Shown here piece by piece: positions 39,076 to 49,084 of a stretch of DNA of 64,000 nt. The stretch's first letter is position 1. Each line of letters begins with the position of its first letter. The stretch is from Turneriella sp. (lineage in GTDB: Bacteria > Spirochaetota > Leptospiria > Turneriellales > Turneriellaceae), in contig CBDIID010000003.1 of NCBI GenBank assembly GCA_965279515.1, positions 1,184,001 to 1,248,000 of the forward strand, read 5' to 3'. A program made the translations under genes and the position numbers. Under the pieces are notes generated by a model, which was not told the DNA's origin, ran no database searches, and worked only from the letters and a program-made list of their open reading frames with translations.

Positions 39076-41337
39076 ATGACCCGCATACAAATTACCTGTT
39101 GGATCTCCCTTTGCTCAGCCACACTTTCCTGTGGCTCGCTTCTCAGTGAATCAGAACGGATTCGGAACGCCAATGAAAAATCCGCTGGCTCCCCCGCAAA
39201 TCCCGGAGGTGCGCCGGCAGCCCCTGGTTTTGTGGCGACCCCCGCTTCGCCCGTGTCGGTTTGGGGCACGAATGGTACGGTGAACGCGATCGTCCGCAGC
39301 GGCAGTATCCTCTATGTGGGGGGAACCTTCACGGCCGTCGCGCCTAGTACAGGAACGGGAGCGGTTCTGGATACGGTTACCAGTGCGGCACCGACAGGCT
39401 CAGTAATAGCCACCATCAACGGTGGCAATGTCAATGCGGTTGCGCCGGACGGTTCGGGGGGATGGTTTATTGGTGGCACATTCACTCAAATCGGCACGGC
39501 GACACGTAACCGCATCGCACGCATCAACGCGGACGGCAGTTTACATCCGTGGAATCCCAACGCAGATAATACAGTGAATGCCATCGCCGTGGCGGGCTCC
39601 ATCGTTTACGTCGGCGGTAACTTCACTAACATTGGCGGACAGGCACGCAACAGGATTGCGGCACTCGACAGTACCAATAATGGAAATAGTGCCACCGCCT
39701 GGGACCCCGGCTCGAGCGCCCCGGTCAATGCATTGCTCGTGTCAGGCTCCGTCATCTACGCCGCGGGATCATTTGGTACCATCGGCGGGCAGACGCGTAA
39801 CGGCGTCGCCCAACTCGATACCCTGCTGGCTACGAACAATGCCACGCCATGGAACCCCAATGCCAATGCCGGGGCCAGTGCCCTCGCCCTATCAGGAATC
39901 ACCCTTTATGTGGGAGGAAGCTTTAGCAGTATCGGCGGGCAGGCACGTAACCGAATCGCTGCACTGGATACGACGGTGAATACCAATAATGCCACGGCGT
40001 GGAACCCCAATGCGAGCGCGATCGTGAGTGCGCTCGCAATATCGGGCACGACAATCTATGCCGGCGGCGCATTCACAACCATCGGCGGCCAGACGCGCAA
40101 TAATATCGCGGCACTCGATGCCACCGTTAATACCGGTAATGCCACGGCATGGAACCCAAACGGTAACGGCAACGTAAACGCCCTTGCTGTCTCCGGTACG
40201 ACTCTCTATACGGGCGGCTCTTTTACGACAATCGGTGGACAAACACGCAACAAAATTGCTGCACTGGATACCACCATCAACACCAACAACGCCACGGCAT
40301 GGGACCCCAACGCGGCCGGCGATGCCAACGCGCTTGCCGTGTCGGGCTCAACAGTATACGCAGGCGGTTCGTTCCCGTCTATCGGCGGAAAGTTGCGTAA
40401 CAATATCGCTGCTTTTGATCTGACCACGGGGGCTGCCACCGCCTGGGACCCCAATGCGGGTGGCACGGTGAATTCTCTCGCAACATCCGGATCTACGGTT
40501 TATGTCGGCGGGCAATTCACAACGATCGGTGGGCAGGTGCGCAACCGCATCGCCGCTCTAGACGCCTCGGTGAATACGAATAACGCCACGGCATGGGACC
40601 CCAACGCGAGTGCGAGCGTCATTGCGCTCGTGTTATCGGGTACAACTCTTTACGCTGCGGGCGCATTCGGCACGATCGGCGGACAGGGGCGCACGTGCAT
40701 CGCCGCCCTCGATACCACCATCAACACCAACAACGCAACGGCATTCAATCCGGGCGCCGATGCCGGCGTTACTGCGCTTGCGCTATCTGGCACGACGCTC
40801 TATGCGGGCGGGGCTTTCGGCAACATCGGGGGACAGGCTCGGAGTAACATCGCCGCTCTGGATACAACCATGAACACCAATAATGCAACCGCGTGGAACC
40901 CCGGTGCGACCGGCAACGTGGCAGCGCTTGCGGTATTGGGAACGACTATTTACGCAGGCGGCGCATTCGCGAGTATCGGTGGTCAGGCACGCAGCTTTAT
41001 TGCGGCCCTCGACACCACCATCAATACGAACAACGCGACGGCCTGGGATCCTGCTGCGACCATCGGGGTCAGCACCCTCGCCGTCTCCGGTACGACAGTG
41101 TATGCCGGAGGCGCATTCACGTCCATCGGGGGACAGGCACGCAACCACATCGCCGCTCTCGACACCACAGTGAATACGAACAACGCGACGGCATGGAATC
41201 CGAACGCCGACAATAATGTACTGGCAATATTTGTTTCTGGCAACACGGTTTACGCGGGCGGCGTTCTCGGCACAGTCGGAGGCCAAACACGGAATAAAAT
41301 TGCTGCCATCAATGCCTTAACCGGCCAGCCCTGGTGA
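39076..41337 (+). CDS. Surface lipoprotein built of about 14 tandem ~50-aa repeats (probable beta-propeller)
   Basis: Lipobox TLSC; repeat consensus V.ALA.SG.T.Y.GG.FT.IGGQ.RN.IAALD....NNATAW.P.A; ATG 39076 preferred. Confidence 0.88.
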   Translation: MTRIQITCWISLCSATLSCGSLLSESERIRNANEKSAGSPANPGGAPAAPGFVATPASPVSVWGTNGTVNAIVRSGSILYVGGTFTAVAPSTGTGAVLDTVTSAAPTGSVIATINGGNVNAVAPDGSGGWFIGGTFTQIGTATRNRIARINADGSLHPWNPNADNTVNAIAVAGSIVYVGGNFTNIGGQARNRIAALDSTNNGNSATAWDPGSSAPVNALLVSGSVIYAAGSFGTIGGQTRNGVAQLDTLLATNNATPWNPNANAGASALALSGITLYVGGSFSSIGGQARNRIAALDTTVNTNNATAWNPNASAIVSALAISGTTIYAGGAFTTIGGQTRNNIAALDATVNTGNATAWNPNGNGNVNALAVSGTTLYTGGSFTTIGGQTRNKIAALDTTINTNNATAWDPNAAGDANALAVSGSTVYAGGSFPSIGGKLRNNIAAFDLTTGAATAWDPNAGGTVNSLATSGSTVYVGGQFTTIGGQVRNRIAALDASVNTNNATAWDPNASASVIALVLSGTTLYAAGAFGTIGGQGRTCIAALDTTINTNNATAFNPGADAGVTALALSGTTLYAGGAFGNIGGQARSNIAALDTTMNTNNATAWNPGATGNVAALAVLGTTIYAGGAFASIGGQARSFIAALDTTINTNNATAWDPAATIGVSTLAVSGTTVYAGGAFTSIGGQARNHIAALDTTVNTNNATAWNPNADNNVLAIFVSGNTVYAGGVLGTVGGQTRNKIAAINALTGQPW

Positions 41338-41386
41338 ATGGCCTTTGTTCTTTTCGCTCGTCGCACCATAACGATTCTGCCCCGCC

Positions 41387-42421
41387 ATGAGGAAACTTAC
41401 CTCGAAGCCGGGGGAAATCCACCAGGTTTCTGACCTCATCTACCGCATCACCCTGCCCCAGCCGTTCTACGCGCCCAACCAGGTATACCTGGTCCGCGAT
41501 GAAAAGATCACGCTGATCGATGCGGGCTATGTCGAGTCGCTGGGTTCGCTTGCTTTGGCGCTCAGATCGATGGGGCTCAGGATGAACGACGTCGACACCA
41601 TCGTTTATACCCACCCGCACATCGACCATATCACGGCGGGGCTGCTCTGGTCGCAGTATGCGAAAAGAACCGAACGCTGGGGGCATTACCGTATGGCGGC
41701 GGATATCCCCGATTACCCCGACTTCATCGACATCTGGCAGGCTGACACCGCGCGCATACTGACGCTGGCCTTCAAAGACAAGCAGGCACGTAATACCCGC
41801 ATCCGCCGCGCCAACGACCGTTGGGCAAGATTTGTGAAAAGGTTCGCCGAGACCGATAATAAAGTAGGCGACCGCGCGGTAAAACTCGACCGTTTACTGA
41901 AAGAAGGCGACGAGTTTTCGACCGGAAAGCTGAAATTCCGAATTATGGAAACCCCCGGTCACAATACCTGGCATATTACACCCGTTGAAATGACGCAGGG
42001 TTTTGCTTTCACCGGCGATCTGCTGATCGGCAACATACCTGCGATCTACGACAAGCTCGACGGCAACCTCGAGCTGTTCCAGAAAAGCCTGGGCAATCTT
42101 CTCGAACTGCGCAAAGCGGCGCCACACACACGTTTTATGCCTGCGCATGGCGACGAGATTCAAAATCCCGAACGTGCGATTAAAATCGTTCTCAAAACGA
42201 TCGGCATTCTCGAGAACGGCTTATTGAAAAAGCTCGTCGAAGGTCGCAAAGACCTGGTAGATCTCATGGAATCGGCATTCGGCGCACACATCGAAGGCGG
42301 CAGCCATTTCATCACCGCGCTCGAACTGCTCGAAGCCCTGCTGCGTAAACTCATGCGCGAGGGCCGCGTGGGATCTCAGGTGTACGAAGACGGTTATGAA
42401 GAATTTTATATGAAACACTGA
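41387..42421 (+). CDS. MBL-fold metallo-hydrolase
   Basis: LIDAG, THPHIDH, TPGH, FTGD and PAHG motifs. Confidence 0.9.
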   Translation: MRKLTSKPGEIHQVSDLIYRITLPQPFYAPNQVYLVRDEKITLIDAGYVESLGSLALALRSMGLRMNDVDTIVYTHPHIDHITAGLLWSQYAKRTERWGHYRMAADIPDYPDFIDIWQADTARILTLAFKDKQARNTRIRRANDRWARFVKRFAETDNKVGDRAVKLDRLLKEGDEFSTGKLKFRIMETPGHNTWHITPVEMTQGFAFTGDLLIGNIPAIYDKLDGNLELFQKSLGNLLELRKAAPHTRFMPAHGDEIQNPERAIKIVLKTIGILENGLLKKLVEGRKDLVDLMESAFGAHIEGGSHFITALELLEALLRKLMREGRVGSQVYEDGYEEFYMKH

Positions 42422-42422
42422 T

Positions 42423-43604
42423 ATGTCTGCTGAACCAACGCAACCGATCAAAGGCTTTATCGACATACCGGCGAGTATCGTACTTTCCGGTGAAGGGCTG
42501 CAGATTCTTTCGCGCTCCAAAACGGCAATCAAGCGCGTGCCGGCGCGCGGCGGCGTTCCCAAAGAAGGTCTGCTCTCGCAGGCATTCAATGCAACCACCG
42601 TGCAGAAGATGATCATGAATTCATATATAGAGGAAATCTACTACGCCTCGCCGGAGTTTCTCACGAAGCGGCAGCAGATTATTTCGACGACCAATCTCAT
42701 CGTCTATGCGATGCTCTATAAAATGCTGTCACCGACGCTGGCAAGACACGTCATCGAATCGCCCGTCTTGCGCGAGCATAACCGCCGTAACCCCAAGGCG
42801 GCGATTCTCGATTTCAGGCATGTGCCGCAAAAAGCCATGGATGATTTCCTGGCAAAAAACCAAGCCGTACTGGCGCGCATCGAACATGAGATGATCGATG
42901 CAGTATTGAACCGCATTACCTCGGACACAAAACTTCCCGAAGAAGATAAAATCGTACGCATGCGCAGCCTCGAAAAATTTGTGCGCTGGGTCGATAAACG
43001 AATCTGGTATCTCTACCTGATCATCTACCAGACGCCGTTAAAAACCGAGATCGAGAAAGCCTACGTCGACCTGTTCTTCCAATATCTCGACAATACGCAG
43101 ATCGCCACGCATACAGGCAACCTCGTGATGGAATTCATCCAGAACGCTGAAAAGGCCCACCTCGAGCGCGTGATCGTACGCAACCATCTTGCCCCGCGCG
43201 AAAAGGTCGATGAGTACCTGCGCAGCAAAGCACACCGCGAACAGGCAATCGGCCTGGCGGCGCGCAGCAACCAGCAGCTCGAAATCACCTGGCACCTGCA
43301 TACCGATCGCGTCAGTGCAGGCAAGGCCTATAACGTTAAAATTATCCTGTCAAACTTTGGTCTCATCAATGAAGCGACACGCATGGGACTCGCGCAGAAA
43401 ATGAAAACCGACACTGCGGGCATTTCACTCTCTGATTTTTATGAACAGCCGAGCGAAGACGGCAAACTCGGTGCGGGTCTGGGCCTGCTCTATAATTCTT
43501 ATCTTGAAGATGTCTGCCGCGAAAAGGGCATCCGGTATTTCTGTACGATTTTCCCCGAGCCGAAACTCGAGAAAACGACCGTCACGCTGGATTTGACTTT
43601 TTAG
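42423..43604 (+). CDS. Hypothetical protein with GHKL/HATPase-like C-terminal motifs
   Basis: 393-aa ORF directly after the MBL gene; N-box-like EFIQNAEKAH and G2-box-like GAGLGL. Confidence 0.7.
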   Translation: MSAEPTQPIKGFIDIPASIVLSGEGLQILSRSKTAIKRVPARGGVPKEGLLSQAFNATTVQKMIMNSYIEEIYYASPEFLTKRQQIISTTNLIVYAMLYKMLSPTLARHVIESPVLREHNRRNPKAAILDFRHVPQKAMDDFLAKNQAVLARIEHEMIDAVLNRITSDTKLPEEDKIVRMRSLEKFVRWVDKRIWYLYLIIYQTPLKTEIEKAYVDLFFQYLDNTQIATHTGNLVMEFIQNAEKAHLERVIVRNHLAPREKVDEYLRSKAHREQAIGLAARSNQQLEITWHLHTDRVSAGKAYNVKIILSNFGLINEATRMGLAQKMKTDTAGISLSDFYEQPSEDGKLGAGLGLLYNSYLEDVCREKGIRYFCTIFPEPKLEKTTVTLDLTF

Positions 43605-44109
43605 CCGGCGCGCTTCTTTTGATTTTGATTTTTTCCGCAAGCTTCGGCGTCTTTTTCGCCTCGGGCGGCGACCCTATGGGATTCTGCATCCGGCGTACAT
43701 CGTCGAGCAGGCCGTTAATAAACCCGGTCGTCTCCTGCGAATCATACTGCTTGCCCATAAGTATCGCTTCGTCGATCACCACCGCCGCATCGGCTTCTTC
43801 TTTTAGATAGAGCAGCTGCGCGACGCCGCTGCGTAAAATCGCGCGGCTGACCGGTGAGATGCGGTTAAATTCCCAGTTCACGAGCCGCTCGGTAATCAGC
43901 GCGTCAATAGCCGGCAGGTTTTCAATAGTCGCGGCGATGATACGCCGGGCAAAATCCTGCTCTTCTTCGGGCACTGGGTAATCTACCCATTTGAAGGCCG
44001 AAAGCTCCGCCGCGTCGGCTGTGCCCGGTGGCAATGAGTCGACCTGAAAGATCGCCTGCATCGCCAGAATACGGGCTTTGTGGCGGCGTTGGCGCAGCGA
44101 CTTTGCCAT
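43582..44109 (-). CDS. nusB: Transcription antitermination factor NusB
   Basis: R.RHKAR..AMQAIFQ, W.F.RI..V.RAILR, VVIDEAI and FING.LD motifs; follows ribH. Confidence 0.93.
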   Translation of the reverse strand: MAKSLRQRRHKARILAMQAIFQVDSLPPGTADAAELSAFKWVDYPVPEEEQDFARRIIAATIENLPAIDALITERLVNWEFNRISPVSRAILRSGVAQLLYLKEEADAAVVIDEAILMGKQYDSQETTGFINGLLDDVRRMQNPIGSPPEAKKTPKLAEKIKIKRSAPAKKSNPA

Positions 44110-44110
44110 G

Positions 44111-44584
44111 TTACAGACCCGCCAGGTTATTCATAAGTTCAACGAGGGAACGCGCGGCTTCGGCGCCCTTATTGGTGGCATCGTTACGCGCGCGCGCCTC
44201 GGCCTGCCCAACATTCTCTACGGTGAGCACCGCGTTCATGACGGGTTTGCCGAAAGAAAGCGACACCTGCATCAGGCCGCGCGCGCTCTCATTCGCGACA
44301 ATGTCATAGTGACCGGTATCACCGCGTATCACGCAGCCGCATGCCACAACCGCGTCGGCTTTTTTTGCGCTGAATATTTTATGCGCCGCCAGGGGGAGCT
44401 CCCATGCCCCGGGCACCTCTAACCGCAAAATACGGGACTCTTCAACGCCCAGCTTTTTCAGTTCGGATAACGCGGCATCGCCCAGCGCACGGGTAATGTT
44501 TTCGTTAAAGAGCGCCGTGATGACGGCTATGCGCGTGGATTTTTTTTTCAGCGGGGTCGAATACGTACGATCTGATATCTGCAT
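44111..44584 (-). CDS. ribH: 6,7-dimethyl-8-ribityllumazine synthase
   Basis: FNE.IT, VPGAWELP, GCVIRGDT.HYD and NKG.EAA motifs. Confidence 0.95.
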   Translation of the reverse strand: MQISDRTYSTPLKKKSTRIAVITALFNENITRALGDAALSELKKLGVEESRILRLEVPGAWELPLAAHKIFSAKKADAVVACGCVIRGDTGHYDIVANESARGLMQVSLSFGKPVMNAVLTVENVGQAEARARNDATNKGAEAARSLVELMNNLAGL

Positions 44585-44633
44585 GTCTTACCACCGCTTT
44601 CAAACACGGGGCCAGCCTTAGCTTACCCCTTTT

Positions 44634-44706
<73 letters not shown>

Positions 44707-44715
44707 GGAAAGTCT

Positions 44716-44744
44716 TTAAGGGGGTGGTTGCACCACCCCCTTAA
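44716..44744. repeat. Perfect 13-bp inverted repeat (REP-like or terminator-like)
   Basis: TTAAGGGGGTGGT-TGC-ACCACCCCCTTAA between the P450 stop and the tRNA 5' end. Confidence 0.7.
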
Positions 44745-44776
44745 CAACCCCCGCTTCATAGATTTTAGACATCGCG

Positions 44777-46144
44777 TCAATTGCGATCTGAAATGCGCAA
44801 GCGAAGTCCACCCTTGGGTCTTAATGTCACAAGCGGCTCCGTCAAGACCTTCTCACCAATATCGTGGAATTCAAAACGGCGGAGTGCATTCGCGAGCACC
44901 ACCATCGACTCGAGCCATGCAAACTGTTCGCCGATGCAGTTACGCGGCCCTGAACTGAAGGGAAAATAGACGTACTTTGACGGCGAAAAATCCGGCGCCA
45001 GCCAGCGCTCCGGGATAAAATCGTCCGGGTTTTGCCAGTAACGCGGATCGCGGTGCATGACGTACTGGCTCATCCATACTTCGGCGTCTTGGGGAATCGT
45101 ATATGCGCCGAATTGGAAATCCCGCTTGAGGACGCGGCCGATCACCCACGCCGGCGGATAAAGCCGCATACTTTCGGCGACGACGGCGCGCGTGTATTTT
45201 AGATTCGGCATATCTTCGCTCGTCGCCGCACGATCACCCATCACGGTGCGAATCTCTTCGGCCATTTTTTGCTGCCTGTCCGGATGGCGCGCCAGCAGGT
45301 GCAGCGTCCACGTCATGGCATTTGCCGTGGTTTCGAACCCCGCGAGATAGATCGTCAGTGCCTCATCGCGCAGCTGCTTGCGCTCTTCTTTAGAGGAAGT
45401 ATCGCGCCCCGCAGCCCGTTTGCCTTCGATCAGCATGGAAAGGAAATCGCCGCGGTCAGTGCCCCCCGCAATATGTTCATCGATAATACCGTAAATAATC
45501 GCGTCGAGTTTTTCGATATTCCGGTTCACACGTTCTTTTAAACCCAGGGGGAGCTTCATAATCAGCTCCGCAAAATTGCGCAGCGCAATCACCGGCATGA
45601 TCTCGGCCATGATTTCTCCGATCACCAGTGAATTATCGCTGCCGTCAGAATCAAACAGCGTACGCGCGACGATGCGCTGCGCCAGGTGTGACATCTCTTT
45701 GTGTACGTCGCGCACCTCGCCCGCCCGCCAGGCGCTAAACTCTTCTTCAGCAAGGTCACTCATGATTTTGCCATAGCCAAGGATTCGGGTGCGTGAGAAC
45801 GCCGGCGAAGACATCTTACGCATCTGCTTGTGTTCGTCCGCCTCTGCGGTAAGCAGCCCCGTGCCTAAAAAGGTGCTTTTTAACATCTGCTCGCCATAAT
45901 CTTTCATCACCCACTGGTTTTCGGTCAGCAGCAGCCTCTCGATATATTCGGGTGAGCTGATGAGATAAAAGACCTGCGTCAGAAACTCGACACGCACCAC
46001 ATCGCCGTGATCGCGGGCCGAACGCCGCAAAAACTCCAGGCTGTCATTCTTCAGGGCAAAATAATTACCGATAAAAGGGAGCGATGGCGGTGCCGGGGGC
46101 TTGGGTCCCTTGATGGGAGAAAAGACCGATGTGGCTGGGAACAT
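44777..46144 (-). CDS. Cytochrome P450
   Basis: I-helix AGFETT, ExxR (ESMR), PERW and heme motif FSSGPRNCIG. Confidence 0.95.
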   Translation of the reverse strand: MFPATSVFSPIKGPKPPAPPSLPFIGNYFALKNDSLEFLRRSARDHGDVVRVEFLTQVFYLISSPEYIERLLLTENQWVMKDYGEQMLKSTFLGTGLLTAEADEHKQMRKMSSPAFSRTRILGYGKIMSDLAEEEFSAWRAGEVRDVHKEMSHLAQRIVARTLFDSDGSDNSLVIGEIMAEIMPVIALRNFAELIMKLPLGLKERVNRNIEKLDAIIYGIIDEHIAGGTDRGDFLSMLIEGKRAAGRDTSSKEERKQLRDEALTIYLAGFETTANAMTWTLHLLARHPDRQQKMAEEIRTVMGDRAATSEDMPNLKYTRAVVAESMRLYPPAWVIGRVLKRDFQFGAYTIPQDAEVWMSQYVMHRDPRYWQNPDDFIPERWLAPDFSPSKYVYFPFSSGPRNCIGEQFAWLESMVVLANALRRFEFHDIGEKVLTEPLVTLRPKGGLRLRISDRN

Positions 46145-46206
46145 AGCACCTGAAAAAACCAGCGCAATCTTCTTGACAAGCGGGAAAAAGCGCCCACCCC
46201 TGCACC

Positions 46207-46803
46207 ATGTTCCGCTCTCTGGTAGCGATCCTTCTTTTGCTGGGTTTCATGGGCAATGCCGACGCCGCGAGGCGCAAGAAACGTGCAGTGCGCAAAGCGA
46301 AAGCCAAGACCGAGAAAATAGCGGCGAAAACGCAGGCAGAAGAAGTAGAAAAGACTACCCCGCCAAAAACTGACGAGATAAAGCCGGCGACAGCAGGTAC
46401 GGAAATGGAAGTTTATCGTATTATACAGAAGCGCAATGAAAGCACCGTTCAGGATCTCGTCGATCTGACGCTGATGTACCGCGGTGAATTCTCCAAAATC
46501 AGCAGCGCAGAAAAACGCCTCGAACGCGCCCGTGAACTCAAGATCATCAAATCACAAAAAGGCAATGACACCCTCGAGCGCGGCACCCTGGCTTATGCGC
46601 TGATGAAAATCTACGCTCCCGAGAGCGGCATTCTCTTCTGGTTGACCGGCTGGGAACGCTATGCGATGCGCGACGTTCAGGAAGCTGGTATTATGCCCAC
46701 AAAAGCGACACCCGCGCAACATATCTCCGGAGAGCAACTCATGGGAACAATCACCGCCGCTGAAGAATACCGCGAAGGGCGTAAGAACTGGGGGAAAAAA
46801 TGA
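46207..46803 (+). CDS. Exported hypothetical protein
   Basis: Signal peptide, Lys-rich N-terminus, globular C-terminus; first of three co-oriented genes. Confidence 0.72.
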   Translation: MFRSLVAILLLLGFMGNADAARRKKRAVRKAKAKTEKIAAKTQAEEVEKTTPPKTDEIKPATAGTEMEVYRIIQKRNESTVQDLVDLTLMYRGEFSKISSAEKRLERARELKIIKSQKGNDTLERGTLAYALMKIYAPESGILFWLTGWERYAMRDVQEAGIMPTKATPAQHISGEQLMGTITAAEEYREGRKNWGKK

Positions 46804-47567
46804 TGCGGCAGGTTATTCAGAGATGGATCGCGGCAATACTTTGCTGCGCCGCGGTCTGTTCCCTCGAAGCAAAGGTCGCAGCTAAATTTGAATCGCTTTC
46901 GGGAGCGGTACAATACCGCGAGAAAAAAGGCAAATGGCAGGACGCGAAGATCGGCCAGGCGCTGAATACGAACACAGAACTACAGACTGGTCCGACGGGT
47001 CGGGCAACGCTGATCTTTCCCAATGGTAACAAAGTAACGCTTGCCCCCGGAACGCTGGCGAGCCTCGACCAGTACGGAACCGGCGCTTATGGCAGTCAGA
47101 CGAATATGAGCCTGCGCCTCGGGCGGATGAACGCCGACATCGCCAAGGTCAATGACACCAACAAGCGCAACCATTTCCGCGTGCGCACTCCCACTGTTGT
47201 TGCGGGAACGCGCGGCACGGTGCAGGAAGTCGGGTACACGCCCGACAAAGGTTCCGATGTAAAACTTGTTGAATCGAGCGCAGAGGTTACGGACAAAAAC
47301 GGCCGCACATCGGTCGTGCCACAGGGTGGTCAGTCTACGGTAACCAACGGCGGTACCACAACGGCGGATAAACAAGAGCAGAAGAATAATACAACGACCA
47401 TGTCAGGCCAGGGAGCTTCGGCCAATGAGACAGAAGTTTCATTATCTGCGGGCGATGCCTTATTCTCATCCAGCGCTTCGGATTTCGACGCCATACAGAG
47501 TCTGTACGAGTTCTTTGAAGCCTACCAATTTGGTTTCGGGGATCCGGTGCAGTTCGACAAACTTTGA
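46800..47567 (+). CDS. FecR-domain protein
   Basis: G.VQY....W, L.TG..G.A.L.F.NG and F.VRTPT.VAG.RGT motifs. Confidence 0.85.
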   Translation: MMRQVIQRWIAAILCCAAVCSLEAKVAAKFESLSGAVQYREKKGKWQDAKIGQALNTNTELQTGPTGRATLIFPNGNKVTLAPGTLASLDQYGTGAYGSQTNMSLRLGRMNADIAKVNDTNKRNHFRVRTPTVVAGTRGTVQEVGYTPDKGSDVKLVESSAEVTDKNGRTSVVPQGGQSTVTNGGTTTADKQEQKNNTTTMSGQGASANETEVSLSAGDALFSSSASDFDAIQSLYEFFEAYQFGFGDPVQFDKL

Positions 47568-47586
47568 TCTTTAGCCGGGTATATTT

Positions 47587-49077
47587 ATGAAGCTTGTAAT
47601 TTTTTCCCTCGCCGCTTGTCTGTGGCTTGTTCCGGCGCTCGGCGCTCAGGAAAAGAAGGATGATGAACCCAAAGAGGCCGAAGAACGCCACGAAGAAAAG
47701 CTGGAAGCCGCCGAAGACGAGTTTGTACCGCTTTCTGAATTGAAGCCGCTGGAAACCGAGAAGGGTTTTTCCGAAAAGCATAGTTACCAGTATGGTTTGT
47801 CAGCGGCCAACACATTCATCGTCGACAACGTGGCTTTATCGAAAGGTTATTTCCTCGGTAACTACAGGCCTTATTTCAAATACCTGTTTCATGAGCAGCA
47901 CATCTTCACCGCCCGGGGAAAATTCACCTACAAAAACAACCCCAGCCTGACAGATGCTCAGAAAAAAACCGGCCTCTCAACCAGCGCCGCAGAATACAGC
48001 CTCGAACTCTTCAATGCAGAACTCAACTTTGACCGCCATCAGATTAATGCGGGGCGGGCTTTTTACAAGCTGGGCCGGGGCCTGCTGTTCGCTAACTTTG
48101 CCGATGGCGCCGAATATAACGGATCTTTCAAACATTTTATCGTAAAAGGACAGGCTCTTTACTCAGGGCAATATAGCGGTTGTACGATTTCTATCGGCGG
48201 TTGTGCCACCACGGGCGATATTGTGCAAAAGAGCCCTTACGATATCGTACCGGGCCGCCCTGCTGACGCAAATTTGCCGGATGCCGGAAAGCGTCTTTTT
48301 CTTTCCACAGAAATTCAATCACAGCAGCTCTATGGTTCGAGCGCCTACTTCGTGGCGATGTATTCGCGCGATATGAACAGGGATGCCTCTACCGGCGCGA
48401 CCAATAAGGGCAATTATTACTCGTTCGACCCGCTTTACCTGGGCCTCGGCCTCAGCGGTTTTATAGTGACACCGCGCTTACGCTATCTCTCTGAATTTAT
48501 CTATGAAACCGGCAGAACCTTTGATAAGACAAACCAGGCGGTGGGTATCTCGGCCTGGGGACTGACGGCCGACGTCAATTATTCCCTGCCCTGGCTGGAA
48601 AACCTGCTGAAACCCGGCCTCACCCTGCAGTATGCAACCGGTTCGGGTAGAGGGTCATCGGGCACTAACCCCAACAACCCCTCGCAAGAGAGCACCGGAA
48701 CAGATAACAACTTTTATTATTTCGGCGTCTATTCGGCGGGCCTCGCGCTGAAGCCCAAGCTCGCGAACCTGCATATCATCCGTCTGGGCGTGCAGTTCAA
48801 ACCGCTGCACGCCTACTATTGGGGGCGCAACCTGATGCTTGCACTTAAATACAGCTATTACCTGAAAGGCAATGCGGCCGCCAGCATTTCTGATAACGAT
48901 GCGAAACTCGCAAAATCTGTTGTCGGCCAGGGTATCGACGTGCAGCTCGTGTGGGATTTCCGCAGCGACGTAAAACTCTTCTATGCATACGGAGCATTTC
49001 TCCCCAGCGAGGCATACGATGCCGCGACGGCGAAGACATTGCAGACCCATATCATCAGCTTGAACTTTCTTTTTTGA
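47587..49077 (+). CDS. Outer-membrane beta-barrel protein (alginate-export-like)
   Basis: Signal peptide, GR.....GRGL.F...ADG segment, aromatic alternating strands, terminal F. Confidence 0.72.
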   Translation: MKLVIFSLAACLWLVPALGAQEKKDDEPKEAEERHEEKLEAAEDEFVPLSELKPLETEKGFSEKHSYQYGLSAANTFIVDNVALSKGYFLGNYRPYFKYLFHEQHIFTARGKFTYKNNPSLTDAQKKTGLSTSAAEYSLELFNAELNFDRHQINAGRAFYKLGRGLLFANFADGAEYNGSFKHFIVKGQALYSGQYSGCTISIGGCATTGDIVQKSPYDIVPGRPADANLPDAGKRLFLSTEIQSQQLYGSSAYFVAMYSRDMNRDASTGATNKGNYYSFDPLYLGLGLSGFIVTPRLRYLSEFIYETGRTFDKTNQAVGISAWGLTADVNYSLPWLENLLKPGLTLQYATGSGRGSSGTNPNNPSQESTGTDNNFYYFGVYSAGLALKPKLANLHIIRLGVQFKPLHAYYWGRNLMLALKYSYYLKGNAAASISDNDAKLAKSVVGQGIDVQLVWDFRSDVKLFYAYGAFLPSEAYDAATAKTLQTHIISLNFLF

Positions 49078-49084
49078 GGAAAAT

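Noticed and set aside
39250..41337. Regular ~150-nt repeats as a CRISPR array or a diversity-generating retroelement template
   Set aside because: The repeats are in-frame coding units with synonymous divergence and no unique spacers; no cas or reverse transcriptase gene is in the window.
44728..44958. Second RAPP-containing ORF (…SRAPPST…)
   Set aside because: Antisense to the P450, motif is internal, no signal peptide and no co-oriented downstream target.
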